Shown here one piece after another: positions 22,694-32,507 of a DNA stretch of 64,000 bases. Each line of letters opens with the position of its first letter. Positions within the stretch are counted from its first letter, which is position 1. Position numbers and translations under genes: made by a program. Source of the DNA: Candidatus Xenobia bacterium (lineage in GTDB: Bacteria; Vulcanimicrobiota; Xenobia; Xenobiales; QWHO01); contig BTUM01000008.1 of NCBI GenBank assembly GCA_045863235.1, positions 59,574 through 123,573 on the forward strand. Reading direction: 5' to 3'. The notes beneath the pieces are model-generated. The model searched no databases. It saw only the letters and a list, made by a program, of their open reading frames with translations, and was not told where the DNA came from.

Positions 22694-23452
22694 ATGATCG
22701 AAGGGGGTGCGGCAGAGGTCGAGCGCGACCTCGCCGCCGAACGAAGGCAGCTGGCACGGCGCAAGATCAAGGTCAAGAAGATCTTCGCCGCTGAGTTCAC
22801 GCGCCCCGACGGGGTCAGCAAGAACTGCTTCGTGCACATCTACGACCTGCACGAAAGCGGCATGCGCATCCACTCCGACTTCTCGCTTCAAGATGGCGAG
22901 GTCTTCCCGGTTCGCATGGCTCTGGACGAGCCCCTCGAGGTGCAGGTCGAGGTGGTCTGGCAGAAAGAGCTGATCGGCGGCATGCATGTTCTGGGGTTGA
23001 AGTTCACCGACCTGACCCGGGAACAGTCCACCCAGATCCAGCACTTCCTGGACAAGTACTCACCCGAGAACCGGCGCCGCAGCTACCGGCTCGACCGCAT
23101 CCTCGTGGTGGAGATGGTCCTGGGCTCGACGCGCCAGAAGTTCGGGGTCTTCACACTGGACCTGTCGGCCTCCGGCATGCGCATCACCCACGAGTTTCCG
23201 CTGCCGGAAGACGTGGAGATCCATTTCCGCATCCTGCTCGAGTATGATCAGGATCCCATCGAGGTAACCGCCCGGGTGCAATGGCAGAAGGAGAATGCCT
23301 TCGGGCAGTTCTTGATCGGGGTCGAGTTCATCGAGATCGGCAGCGAGGCACGCCTGCGGGTCGAGCGCTTCATCGATCGGGCCATGGCCGGCGAGCTCGG
23401 CCAGGCCACCATCAACACCCTGGAGAACTTCAGCGGGGACGGGCCGGCTTGA
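22694..23452 (+). CDS. tandem PilZ-domain protein
   Basis: Two RxxxR / DxS(H)xxG motif sets (RRQLARR...DLHESG; RRRSYR...DLSASG), V.W and G..F; GGAGG SD before ATG 22694. Confidence 0.85.
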   Translation: MIEGGAAEVERDLAAERRQLARRKIKVKKIFAAEFTRPDGVSKNCFVHIYDLHESGMRIHSDFSLQDGEVFPVRMALDEPLEVQVEVVWQKELIGGMHVLGLKFTDLTREQSTQIQHFLDKYSPENRRRSYRLDRILVVEMVLGSTRQKFGVFTLDLSASGMRITHEFPLPEDVEIHFRILLEYDQDPIEVTARVQWQKENAFGQFLIGVEFIEIGSEARLRVERFIDRAMAGELGQATINTLENFSGDGPA

Positions 23453-25367
23453 TCGCTTCCACCTGAGCGAGCAAACGCGAGAGCTCGTCCTCGGCCGCCA
23501 GCGCGCCGTAGCGGGCCCGGCAATAAGCCTCCAGGAACTGGCGAGCCGGCTGGCTCAGCTCCGGGTGCTCCAGCTGAGCTGCCCATTCGAGTAAGGTCCA
23601 ATGCTCGGGCCGCTCGAGCTGGTGCTGGCGCAGCCGGCGCTCGAAGCGCTCGAGAAGCTCACCCAGCCTGCCCTCGGCGCGCTCGCGACCCCGACGCCTC
23701 TTGCCCCCCCTCTGCCATCTCAGCCGCAGGCCGTAGTAGAGGGTCACCAACAGCACCAGGGCAGCCAGCGTGATGGGATGGCTGATGAAGGCCAGCAGGG
23801 AGCGGAGCATCTCGGCCGGACTGAGCCGGAAGAAGTTGCGCGCCTGCATGAACAAGAACATCGCCAGGTCGCCCACCTGCGAGAACCAGCGCCGCCACCA
23901 GGAGCGCTGAGGAATGCGTGCCTCGGGTGGGGTGGGGTCGTAGGTCACCCAGCCCGAGCCCTCCAGGAACACCTCTACCCAGGCGTGAGCGTGCTGGGCC
24001 CGGACCGCGTAAAAGCCGCCCAGGTCATTGAAGTCGGTCGGGTCCACGATGAAGCCCACCACGTAGCGTGCGGGGACCTTCTGGGTTCGCAGCATCATGA
24101 CCATGGCCGTGGCAAAGAACTCGCAGTGGGCCGGGGGGCGCTTTTCCAGGAACTGCTCCAGGGCCGAGCTGCCCTTCTGGAACGGGTAGCCGAAGCCATA
24201 CTGGAAGTTGTCCTGCAGATAGGCCTCGATGGCGGCTGCTTTGGCCAGCGGGGTAGGCGCCGAGGCGGTCAGCTCGGCCCCCAGGCGGGCCACTACCGGG
24301 GGGAGATCGGGGGGAACCTCGAGGTAGTAGGGCGGGACCTTGCTGTCCACCGGAGGAGTTCCTCCGCGACCCAGCCAGAACCGGCCGGGAAAGCCCGGCG
24401 CGCCCTTGAAGTGGAGACCCGTGGAGGCAGTGCGCTCGATGCTCTCGAGCTCGGCAGCCAGCAACCAGGCATCGCGCGTCGAGAGCAGTTGCCCGCCGGC
24501 CGCGGTCAAGAACTCGACGCGGTCGACCAGATCCAGACTGCGAGGGGGGGCCAGCAAGAAAGTATTCTGGCCTTCCAGCCGCTGGCTGGCCCGGGGCAGG
24601 GCCCTGGACTCGCCGGGCGGACTGTCCCACACTTCCCCCCTGGTGAACAGGCCGTAGGAGCGGGCCACCAGGTAGTTGGAGGGCGCCTGCGAGAACAGGC
24701 GCAGCACCAGTTGATCCTGCCCGGAGCTCCGCTGCATGCCGTCCAGCGGGCTACGGGTGGCGAATTGCATGGATACCGGAGTGGTGCTGAAGAGGTTGAG
24801 CAGCGTTCCCAGCCGCGTCTCGGAGAAACGGGCCGCAAGGGCGATCACCACTGCAACCCCGATGACCGGCACGAAGGCCAGGACGGTTCCCAGCCAGTTC
24901 TTGCGGGGCACGGGGGGGCCGAGCTGACGTAAGTAGAGGGCCAAGAAGACGGCCTCCAGCAGGCACAGGACCCCATAGGCGATCTCTCCGTCGGCCCGCA
25001 TGCCGCAGGCGATCAGGAGCGTGATCGAGCCGCCCGCCAGGATCAGCTTGCCGTTGAAATCATGCCTGCGCACAATCAAGAGCAGGAGGTAGGCAGCCAC
25101 GATGGTGGCCACCCGGAAGCTGCCGGGTCCCACGAACGAGCTGTTCATCGGGGTGACGTTGGGCGGGTAAAGCAACACCACCATCGCCGGAAAGGCCAGC
25201 GGCAGCAAGGCCCGCTGGGGGATGGCCAGCTGGCCGTGAAACCAGCAGGCGATCAGGGCCAAGGCGCACAGCAACACGATCAGGGGGTCGGCTCCGCCGA
25301 CCGAGTAGAGGGCCGCGTAGGACACCAGCACGGCCAGCAAACCCGTATGAGGCAGGCGCTCTCTCAC
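23430..25367 (-). CDS. membrane transglutaminase-like protein (TgpA-type)
   Basis: N-terminal TMs; catalytic triad AHCEFFA / HAWVE / YDPTP; C-terminal DUF4129-like (Y..ARYG). Confidence 0.9.
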   Translation of the reverse strand: MRERLPHTGLLAVLVSYAALYSVGGADPLIVLLCALALIACWFHGQLAIPQRALLPLAFPAMVVLLYPPNVTPMNSSFVGPGSFRVATIVAAYLLLLIVRRHDFNGKLILAGGSITLLIACGMRADGEIAYGVLCLLEAVFLALYLRQLGPPVPRKNWLGTVLAFVPVIGVAVVIALAARFSETRLGTLLNLFSTTPVSMQFATRSPLDGMQRSSGQDQLVLRLFSQAPSNYLVARSYGLFTRGEVWDSPPGESRALPRASQRLEGQNTFLLAPPRSLDLVDRVEFLTAAGGQLLSTRDAWLLAAELESIERTASTGLHFKGAPGFPGRFWLGRGGTPPVDSKVPPYYLEVPPDLPPVVARLGAELTASAPTPLAKAAAIEAYLQDNFQYGFGYPFQKGSSALEQFLEKRPPAHCEFFATAMVMMLRTQKVPARYVVGFIVDPTDFNDLGGFYAVRAQHAHAWVEVFLEGSGWVTYDPTPPEARIPQRSWWRRWFSQVGDLAMFLFMQARNFFRLSPAEMLRSLLAFISHPITLAALVLLVTLYYGLRLRWQRGGKRRRGRERAEGRLGELLERFERRLRQHQLERPEHWTLLEWAAQLEHPELSQPARQFLEAYCRARYGALAAEDELSRLLAQVEAIKPARPR

Positions 25368-26629
25368 AGCGACTCCACACCCCGCTCCACATCCTCGGGG
25401 GTGAGCACCGTGATGTCACCGGCCAGGTCCAAGCCCGCGCTGGGATCGGTCGAAGCGGGGGCCGAGCGTACCAGCAGCACTTTGACCTCCGAGCCGCGGT
25501 CGCGGATGACCCGCACCATGCGCTCGCGCCGCTCGTCCCAATCGAGCAGGACCACCACGGTGGTGGTGATGTTCTCCAGATACTCGAGCATGACTGGCTC
25601 GATCTTCTCGAAGGGCGGCTCATGGCAGGGCTCGATGCAGGAGAGGATGTCCATCACATTCTCGAGATAGGCCAGGCTGCGGCCGGCCTGAAAGTGGTAG
25701 ATCTCCGGTCCGGCCGCGAACAGGTCGATGACATACTCTTCGCGGGCGAGCCGGTCGGCCACCGCCGCCGAAAGGGAGACGGCCGCCTCGAAGGCGCGCC
25801 GGTCCACCTTCCCCTTCCTGCGAGGAGGCGGCAGGAAGGTATCCAGCAGAAGTGCGATGCGGCAGAAGTACTCCTCCTGGAACTCCTTCACCACGGGCTT
25901 TCCGGTGCGAGCCCAGGAACGCCAGTGGATGGAGCGCAGTGGATCCCCCTCGCGAAACTCTCGGGTGGACAAGAACTCGGTGGAATCGCCCAGGAAGGAG
26001 GTGAGCGCGATCCCACCGGGTTGGTACTTGCGCCCCACCGGGATGTCCAGCGACAAGATAGGCTGGAAGTTCGGATACACCAGCAGGGTGTGGGGCTCGA
26101 GGTGGTAGACCAGATCGCGCCACAGACCCCACGGGAAGGTGGTCTCCTGGCGCAAGCCCTTGAGCACGTAAGCTCCCCGCTGGTCGAAGGAGAGGTCGAG
26201 GTGGGTTCTGAGTTGCTCGCCTGGCTCCAGGCGCGGGATTTGCAGCCCCCATTCGGGCTGGTGGTCCAGCGGAACCGGGGGATAGGCCACCCGCAGGGCC
26301 AGGTCGAGCCCGGGACGGCGGGAGAGATTCTCGACCAGCAGGCCCACCCGCAGGGGATGACCGCAAGTGGCCCGGTCGGGCCAGGAGGGGCGCACCTTCA
26401 GCCTGACGCGGGCCAGTCGGGCCAGCACTACCGAGACGAAGAGCAATCCGAAGAGAATGCAGATGACGAAGTAGATCTTGATGACGAAGGAATACCCCCC
26501 GGTGCCGTTGGCCAGCAGCATCATCCAGAAGACCACGCGGCCAGTGGGGGTCAGGCGGTCGCGCAACAGATGGCGCATCCACCGGATGATGAAGCTCTCT
26601 CCCAGGTGGATCTTGGGAGGCTCGGCCAC
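25364..26629 (-). CDS. DUF58 domain protein
   Basis: EF.STREFREGDPLRSIHWRSWAR...VKEFQEE; GTG start overlapping the moxR stop; the longer ORF call overlaps moxR. Confidence 0.9.
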   Translation of the reverse strand: MAEPPKIHLGESFIIRWMRHLLRDRLTPTGRVVFWMMLLANGTGGYSFVIKIYFVICILFGLLFVSVVLARLARVRLKVRPSWPDRATCGHPLRVGLLVENLSRRPGLDLALRVAYPPVPLDHQPEWGLQIPRLEPGEQLRTHLDLSFDQRGAYVLKGLRQETTFPWGLWRDLVYHLEPHTLLVYPNFQPILSLDIPVGRKYQPGGIALTSFLGDSTEFLSTREFREGDPLRSIHWRSWARTGKPVVKEFQEEYFCRIALLLDTFLPPPRRKGKVDRRAFEAAVSLSAAVADRLAREEYVIDLFAAGPEIYHFQAGRSLAYLENVMDILSCIEPCHEPPFEKIEPVMLEYLENITTTVVVLLDWDERRERMVRVIRDRGSEVKVLLVRSAPASTDPSAGLDLAGDITVLTPEDVERGVESL

Positions 26630-27573
26630 TAGGTCGGCACTTTGACCTGCTCGAGCAGGTCGGTCACGATGCTTTCCTTGGAGGTTCCGCCGTACTTGGA
26701 CTTGGTGTCCAGGCAGAGCCGGTGGGCCAGCACCGGGGCGGCCAGTCGCTTGACGTCGTCGGGCAGCACGTAGTCGCGCCCGACGCACAGGGCCAGGGCC
26801 TGGGAGACCCGGTAGAGAGCGATGGCTCCGCGCGGGCTGGAGCCGAGCTTGAGGCGCGGCTCGAGGCGGCTGGCCTGCACCAGGGCCAGGATGTACTGGG
26901 CCACGGGTCGCTCCACGCGCACTTTGCGCACCTCTTCTTGAGCTGCGACCACCTCGGAAAGCTCGGCTACCGGCTCGAGGCTCTCGAGGGGATGGCGGGT
27001 GCGCTGGCCTTCGAGCATCTCCAACTCGTGATCAGGAGCGGGGTAGCCGAGCTCGAGCTTGACCGAGAAGCGATCCAGCTGGGCCTCGGGCAGGGGATAG
27101 GTGCCGTGGAACTCGACCGGATTCTGAGTGGCCAGCACCAGGAACGGGTCGGGGAGGCGATAACAGTTGCCCTCGATGGTCACCTGGCGCTCGGACATGG
27201 CCTCCAGCAGGCTAGACTGCGTACGCGGCGAGGCGCGGTTGATCTCGTCGGCCAGCAGGATGTTGGTGAAGACCGGCCCCCGGCGAAAGTCGAACGAGCC
27301 CTCGCGAGGGTTATAGATGGACGAGCCCACGATGTCGGTGGGCAGGAGATCGGGCGTGAACTGCACCCGCTTGAAGTCACCCTGGACGGTCTGAGCCAGG
27401 GCCTTGGCCAGGGTGGTCTTGCCCACCCCGGGCACGTCCTCCATCAGGATGTTGCCCCCGGCCAGGAGAGCGACCACAAGCAGGTGCAGCGATTCTGACT
27501 TGCCCCGAATCACCTTCTCGAGGTTGGCATGGATGCGGTCGTGAAGCGCTTGAGCCTGGCCCATGGAGGGCAA
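26629..27573 (-). CDS. moxR: MoxR-family AAA+ ATPase (alternative start ATG 27564)
   Basis: EDVPGVGKT, RVQFTPDLLP.D, DEINRASPRTQS.LLE, ATQNP, PLPEAQLDRF. Confidence 0.95.
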   Translation of the reverse strand: MPSMGQAQALHDRIHANLEKVIRGKSESLHLLVVALLAGGNILMEDVPGVGKTTLAKALAQTVQGDFKRVQFTPDLLPTDIVGSSIYNPREGSFDFRRGPVFTNILLADEINRASPRTQSSLLEAMSERQVTIEGNCYRLPDPFLVLATQNPVEFHGTYPLPEAQLDRFSVKLELGYPAPDHELEMLEGQRTRHPLESLEPVAELSEVVAAQEEVRKVRVERPVAQYILALVQASRLEPRLKLGSSPRGAIALYRVSQALALCVGRDYVLPDDVKRLAAPVLAHRLCLDTKSKYGGTSKESIVTDLLEQVKVPT

Positions 27574-27588
27574 GGCATTCGAACCTGG

Positions 27589-28698
27589 TCAGCGTCCGCC
27601 CTGCAGCGCTCCGGTCAGGTCAGCCACCAGGTTGGGGTAGTTGGCCTTCACAAAGCCCTGCAGGTCGTCCTTCAAGCCAGGCAGCTCCGTCTCGAGGGCC
27701 GAAAGGGCGTCCTGGCGTAGCTCGGGGTAGTGGCTCTCCAGGCTTTCCAGAGCCCGGCTGAGCAGGCGAGGGTGCTTCTCTTCCAGGGTGCGGGCCACCA
27801 CCGAGGGCAGCTCGGGGAACTCGGCCAGCACCGCCTGACGGAAGCTCTGGCGAGCCTGGCGCCGGGCCGTGCGCACCGTGGCGGGCAACTCGGGGTAGTC
27901 CTGCTCGATCAGGCCCAGCACCGCCTCGGCGCTGGTGCCCGGGGGACGGCTCTCGAGTGCTTTGAGCACGTCCAGGGCGGCCGAGCGCAGCTCGGTCTTA
28001 TGGCGCGCGTGCAGCTCGCGGGCCGCCCGGGCAAGAAAGCCCGGGTGGTTCTCAGCCAGCCACAGCAGGGGGCGCTCGCCGCGCCGACGAGCCCGCATCA
28101 GCTCCCCCACCAGTCCGGGCTGCTCGCGATCAGCCAGCTCGGACAGGTCGCCCAGCAAGCGCAGGGCCAGCCCCGGGTGCTTCTCGCGCAGGGTCTGCCA
28201 GGCCAGGCCCCTGGGACTGTCGGCCCGGTTGCGACCAAGCAGTTGCAAGAAGGCGGTGCGGAAACCAGGATGGCGCGTCTCCACAGCCTCGGCTACGGCC
28301 AGCCTGGGTCGGTGCTGCTGACGCAGCCGGGCCATACGGGCGGGAAAGTCGGGATAGCGGGCCAACACGGCTTCCTGCACGTCCAGGAAGGCCTGGGCCG
28401 GCTCGTCGCCCAGGTCCTCGAGCAGGTGGCGGGCAATTGCGAAAGGGAGCCCCGGATATTTCTGGCGCAAGCTCAGCAGAGCCCGGGCTCCCCGCACCTC
28501 GTAGTTGGGATAGCGCTCATCGAGGTGAGCTGCGATGGCTTCGGGCACGTTCGCGTAACGCTCGTGCAGCAGCTCGCGGGCGGCCAGGCGACGGGTGGGG
28601 GTGGAGTTCTTGAGAGCCTCCCTGAGCTCTTCAGTCTGAGCGGCCGCGCCGCCCGCCATGAGGGCGACCAGGGAGAGTGCCAGAATCGGCTTTCGCAT
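27589..28698 (-). CDS. secreted helical-repeat protein
   Basis: GGAGG SD, ATG 28698, signal peptide MRKPILALSLVALMAGGAAA|Q; recurrent Lxxx(H/Y)PxL motif. Confidence 0.8.
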   Translation of the reverse strand: MRKPILALSLVALMAGGAAAQTEELREALKNSTPTRRLAARELLHERYANVPEAIAAHLDERYPNYEVRGARALLSLRQKYPGLPFAIARHLLEDLGDEPAQAFLDVQEAVLARYPDFPARMARLRQQHRPRLAVAEAVETRHPGFRTAFLQLLGRNRADSPRGLAWQTLREKHPGLALRLLGDLSELADREQPGLVGELMRARRRGERPLLWLAENHPGFLARAARELHARHKTELRSAALDVLKALESRPPGTSAEAVLGLIEQDYPELPATVRTARRQARQSFRQAVLAEFPELPSVVARTLEEKHPRLLSRALESLESHYPELRQDALSALETELPGLKDDLQGFVKANYPNLVADLTGALQGGR

Positions 28699-28744
28699 CG
28701 TGTTCCTCCGAGGATGAAGATGACTCGAGTCTAGCCGGTAGAGG

Positions 28745-30130
28745 TCAGCAAACCTGAGAGGTTTCCAAAGAAACTGTAAAGACAGCCCGAGTGCCCTGAC
28801 CGGGCGAGGCGCCCAGCTCCAGCTCGCCTCCGTGAGCCCGGGCCAGGCGCCTGGCGATGGGCAGGCCCAGTCCCCGGGTGGCGCTCGGGTCGAAGCCGCA
28901 ACCGTCGTCAGAAACCGACACCTCCAGGCGCTGGCCGATCGGTTGCAGGCGCAGGCAGACGCTGGTGCCGGCTCCGGCGTGATAGACGGCATTCTCAAGC
29001 AAGATCTGCAGGAGCTCGCGCAGGCGAACCGGATCGCCCACCACCCGGACGCTCTGGTCGGTCCCCTCCAACCGCAGGCTGACCTGGCGGGACTCGGCCG
29101 CCGGCGCCAGGGTGTCCACCACCAGCCCCAGCGGCTCGCGCAGGTCGAAGGCGACTTTCTGCAGATGAGGCTCGCTGGACTCCCAGCGCGAGAGGTCCAC
29201 CAACCGCTGCAAGGTCTGAGAGACGTAGAGCACCTCGCGGGAGATCTTCTCCAACTCGTCCCCCTGGGCCATGCCCTCTTGCAGGGCTTCGGTCCAGCCC
29301 AATACGGCCGCAAGCGGGGTGCGCAGGTTGTGGGAGACGTCGGCCAGGAACTGACGCTGGTTCTGCTCGAGCCGCTCGACCCGACGTTTTTCCTCGGACA
29401 GGTGACGCACAGTTTCCTGAAGCCGTGAAGCCATCTCGTTGAAGCTCTTGCCCAGCTCTGCCAGCTCGCCCGAGCCTGTCACCTCCACCCGGCGCGATAG
29501 CTCGAGATCGCCCAGGTCCCGGGTGGCCGCGGCCAGCTTCTGCACCGGTCCGGAGATGGAGGAGCTGAGCCAGAGACCGGCCGCGAAGGCCACCAGCGCC
29601 CCGGCCAGACCCGAGAGAACCACCCCGCGCAAGAGCTGAGAGCGGGCGTCGGCCGGCAGCCGCTCGTGGGGAGGCAGAGGACGCATCCGCACCTTGAGGG
29701 CGCCTCCCTCCCCCACTGTCAGCTCCTGATCGGCCGGAAAGCGCATGACCAGACCGAACACCGGCCTGGGACCGCCGGCTCCGGGAGGAGGGGCCACGGC
29801 CACCCGCTGGTCGAGCGGGGGACCGGGCTGCAGGCGAGCGGGAGGCTGGGGACGGAGCGCTCGGGGGCCCTGGCCGGGCACCTCCAGGATGAGGTCCACA
29901 CCCGGGGGGAGCGGCATCGACTCGGCCTCCTCCACGACCGCCTCCCAGCCTCCGGAGGAATAGGCCCGATCCAGCCGGGCCTGCCACTGGCCCTTCCAGT
30001 GGGAGATCGCCTCGTCGCGGAAGTGGTTAGCGGCGGGGATGGTCAACAGCGCGTGGGCCACCGCCAGGGTCACCAGGAACAGACCGATGACCATCAGGTA
30101 GGAGAGGGCCAGACGAAGCCTCAGGCGCAC
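28745..30130 (-). CDS. HAMP-domain sensor histidine kinase
   Basis: Two TMs, HAMP (ELAELGKSFNEMA), H-box SHNLRTPL, N-box LLENA, DDGCGF, GLGL. Confidence 0.93.
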   Translation of the reverse strand: MRLRLRLALSYLMVIGLFLVTLAVAHALLTIPAANHFRDEAISHWKGQWQARLDRAYSSGGWEAVVEEAESMPLPPGVDLILEVPGQGPRALRPQPPARLQPGPPLDQRVAVAPPPGAGGPRPVFGLVMRFPADQELTVGEGGALKVRMRPLPPHERLPADARSQLLRGVVLSGLAGALVAFAAGLWLSSSISGPVQKLAAATRDLGDLELSRRVEVTGSGELAELGKSFNEMASRLQETVRHLSEEKRRVERLEQNQRQFLADVSHNLRTPLAAVLGWTEALQEGMAQGDELEKISREVLYVSQTLQRLVDLSRWESSEPHLQKVAFDLREPLGLVVDTLAPAAESRQVSLRLEGTDQSVRVVGDPVRLRELLQILLENAVYHAGAGTSVCLRLQPIGQRLEVSVSDDGCGFDPSATRGLGLPIARRLARAHGGELELGASPGQGTRAVFTVSLETSQVC

Positions 30131-30814
30131 CTAAACCTCGTAGCGGTAGCCCACGCCCCAGATAGAGCGAATGGGCCCGGCCCAGCCCGGCTTGCGCAGC
30201 TTGTCGCGCAGGTTGCTGATATGAACGTCCACCCGGCGCGTGTCGCCGGTATACTCCGGGCCCCAGACCCGGTCGAGCAACTCGTCGCGCGTGAAATTCT
30301 TGCCCGGCGCCCCGGACAGGACCCGCAACAGGTCATATTCGCGGGGAGTGAGCTCGAGCGGCTCGTCGTCGAGGAAGGCGCGGCGGGACTCCTCGTCGAC
30401 GCGCACCGGACCCGAAGGGCGGGTGCCCACTGCCGCTGCGGCCGGCAAACGGGCCCGGCGCAGCAGAGCCTTCACCCGGGCCAGCAGCTCGCGCGAGGAG
30501 AAGGGCTTGGTCAGGTAGTCGTCGGCCCCCAGCTCCAGCCCGGCCACCCGGTCGGCCTCCTCGCCTCTGGCGGTCAGGATGAGAATGGGAACATGGCTGG
30601 TCTTGCGCACCTCGCGGGTGACCTCCAGCCCGTCCGGTCCCGGAATCATGAGGTCTTGAATGAGCAGGTCGACGGGGCTCTTCACCAGCTTGAGCGCCTC
30701 GTGGCCGTCGCGGGCCAGCACCACCTCGAAGCCGTCGCGCTCGAGAAAGCGCCGCAGGATGTCGCGGATCTCCTCTTCGTCGTCCACCACCAGAATGCGC
30801 CCACGGTTGCTCAT
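30131..30814 (-). CDS. OmpR/PhoB-family response regulator
   Basis: ILVVDD, phospho-Asp (QDLMIP), LTA, DDYLTKPF, winged helix LTPREYDLL...VDVHISNLRDKL...GVGY. Confidence 0.95.
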   Translation of the reverse strand: MSNRGRILVVDDEEEIRDILRRFLERDGFEVVLARDGHEALKLVKSPVDLLIQDLMIPGPDGLEVTREVRKTSHVPILILTARGEEADRVAGLELGADDYLTKPFSSRELLARVKALLRRARLPAAAAVGTRPSGPVRVDEESRRAFLDDEPLELTPREYDLLRVLSGAPGKNFTRDELLDRVWGPEYTGDTRRVDVHISNLRDKLRKPGWAGPIRSIWGVGYRYEV

Positions 30815-31113
30815 CGCTGGAAAGTTCTCGTCGACCAACCCCCGATCCCTGGCGGAATGGGCTTGTACTTTCTTTACAAACTTTGGATTCTTCTTGAGCC
30901 AGGCAGCAGGACGACCTGACCGTGGCAGCGCTGGTCTTTCACGGTCCGGTTTCCCTGGCCCGAAACTCGGAGAAAATTTCAAAATCGAACAACCTGTTCG
31001 AAAGGAGCCCCGCAGTACTTGAAGAATTTTTATCAAGACCTGCCTGATCCATGAGCTGCAAGCCTCGAGCTTGCGACTGTAGGAATCTCCTTCAAGAAAG
31101 GTGGAAGCCGCTG

Positions 31114-32394
31114 ATGCCGTCGCCTTCCAATAGTCTGTATCCCGCCCGGATCTTCGTCGTCGGAATGGGTGGAGCCGGGTGCAACCTGGTCAACCGTCTG
31201 GCCGAGAACCCTCCCGCCGGGGTCAACCTGGTGCTGGCCAACACCGACGCCCAGGCCCTGCACTCCTCACGTCGCGGCCCCACCATGCTGCATCTGGGAG
31301 AAGGCTCCACCAAAGGCCTGGGGGCCGGAGCCAACCACGAGCTGGGCCGGCTGGCTGCCGAGAACTCGGTGGGCAAGATGCGCGAGCTCTTCCAGGGAGG
31401 AGACCTGGTCTTCTTGACGGCCGGGATGGGCGGCGGAACCGGCACCGGCTCTGCTCCCGTGGCGGCCCGCGAAGCTCGCAAGGCGGGGGCGCTTGTAGTG
31501 GCCGTCGTCACCACCCCCTTCGAGTTCGAGGGCACTCGCCGCAATCGAATCGCCGAGGCGGGCATCGCCGCCCTGGAAGCCGAGGTGGATACCCTGCTGG
31601 TGCTGCCGAACCAGAAGCTGCTCTCCATCGGAGCCGGTGTTTGCCCCCTGCACGAGAGCTTCGGTATCGTGGATCAGGTGCTCTGCGACGCGGTGCGCGG
31701 GATGACCGAGCTGGTCACGACCCCCGGCGTCATCAACCTCGACTTTGCCGACGTGCGGGCCGTGCTCCAGAACGGCGGACGCGGATTGTTTGGAATGGCC
31801 ACGGCGCCCACCGCCACGGCGGCTGTCGAGCAAGCCCTCAAGAATCCGCTGGTGGGGGGCTCGCCGGACGGCTCGGCCGGAGCACTGCTGAACATCACCG
31901 CAGGTCCCGACCTGTCCATTCAAGACTATTCCAGAGCCTGCGCCATGCTGCAAGAAGCTGCTTCGCCTCGAGCCCTCATCCTGTGCGGCCTGGTGCAAGA
32001 CCCGTCCATGCAGGGCCGGGTCCGAGCCACGGTGGTGGCCACCCAGGTTCAGGCCAACGCCGAGGTGGTCGGGCAGCCCGGCTTCCTGGCTGGAGCCACC
32101 GAGTTCGAGTTCCAGTTGCAGCAGCCTGAGTTGCTGCCGGTTGGTGCAACGGCCGCGGCGGCTCCCTCGCCCGAGGTCGGGTTGACCGAGCGTCGCCTGC
32201 GCCCCGGGCTGGTGGAGAAGGGGTTTGCCTTCAACGAGCGTTCCATCGAACGACTGGAGCGCAAGCCCACCGCTGATCCCCGCCCCGTGGCCGAAGACAA
32301 GCGACGCAACGGTTGGATGGACCTGCCGGCCATCTGGCGACGGGCCCGCCGCACACCCAACTCGGCCAGCGACGAGAAGGCGGCCGAAGCCTGA
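31114..32394 (+). CDS. ftsZ: cell division protein FtsZ (divergent, stand-alone; start uncertain, 31051-31114)
   Basis: GMGGAGCN, NTDAQAL, GLGAGA, GMGGGTGTG, PFEFEG, INLDFADV, C-terminal DLPAIWR peptide. Confidence 0.9.
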   Translation: MPSPSNSLYPARIFVVGMGGAGCNLVNRLAENPPAGVNLVLANTDAQALHSSRRGPTMLHLGEGSTKGLGAGANHELGRLAAENSVGKMRELFQGGDLVFLTAGMGGGTGTGSAPVAAREARKAGALVVAVVTTPFEFEGTRRNRIAEAGIAALEAEVDTLLVLPNQKLLSIGAGVCPLHESFGIVDQVLCDAVRGMTELVTTPGVINLDFADVRAVLQNGGRGLFGMATAPTATAAVEQALKNPLVGGSPDGSAGALLNITAGPDLSIQDYSRACAMLQEAASPRALILCGLVQDPSMQGRVRATVVATQVQANAEVVGQPGFLAGATEFEFQLQQPELLPVGATAAAAPSPEVGLTERRLRPGLVEKGFAFNERSIERLERKPTADPRPVAEDKRRNGWMDLPAIWRRARRTPNSASDEKAAEA

Positions 32395-32507
32395 CGGTTT
32401 CAAGGGAGGGTTCCGCCCGGGGCCAGGCTCACATTTGAGCCTGGCCTTCTTGCTGAAAGAGTATCCAGGGCGCGGGCGGCGAAGATCTCAAGATGCCGCT
32501 CACCGTG

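Noticed and set aside
27589-29313. 574-aa ORF as called by the track
   Set aside because: The N-terminal part overlaps the histidine kinase; the real start with SD and signal peptide is ATG 28698.
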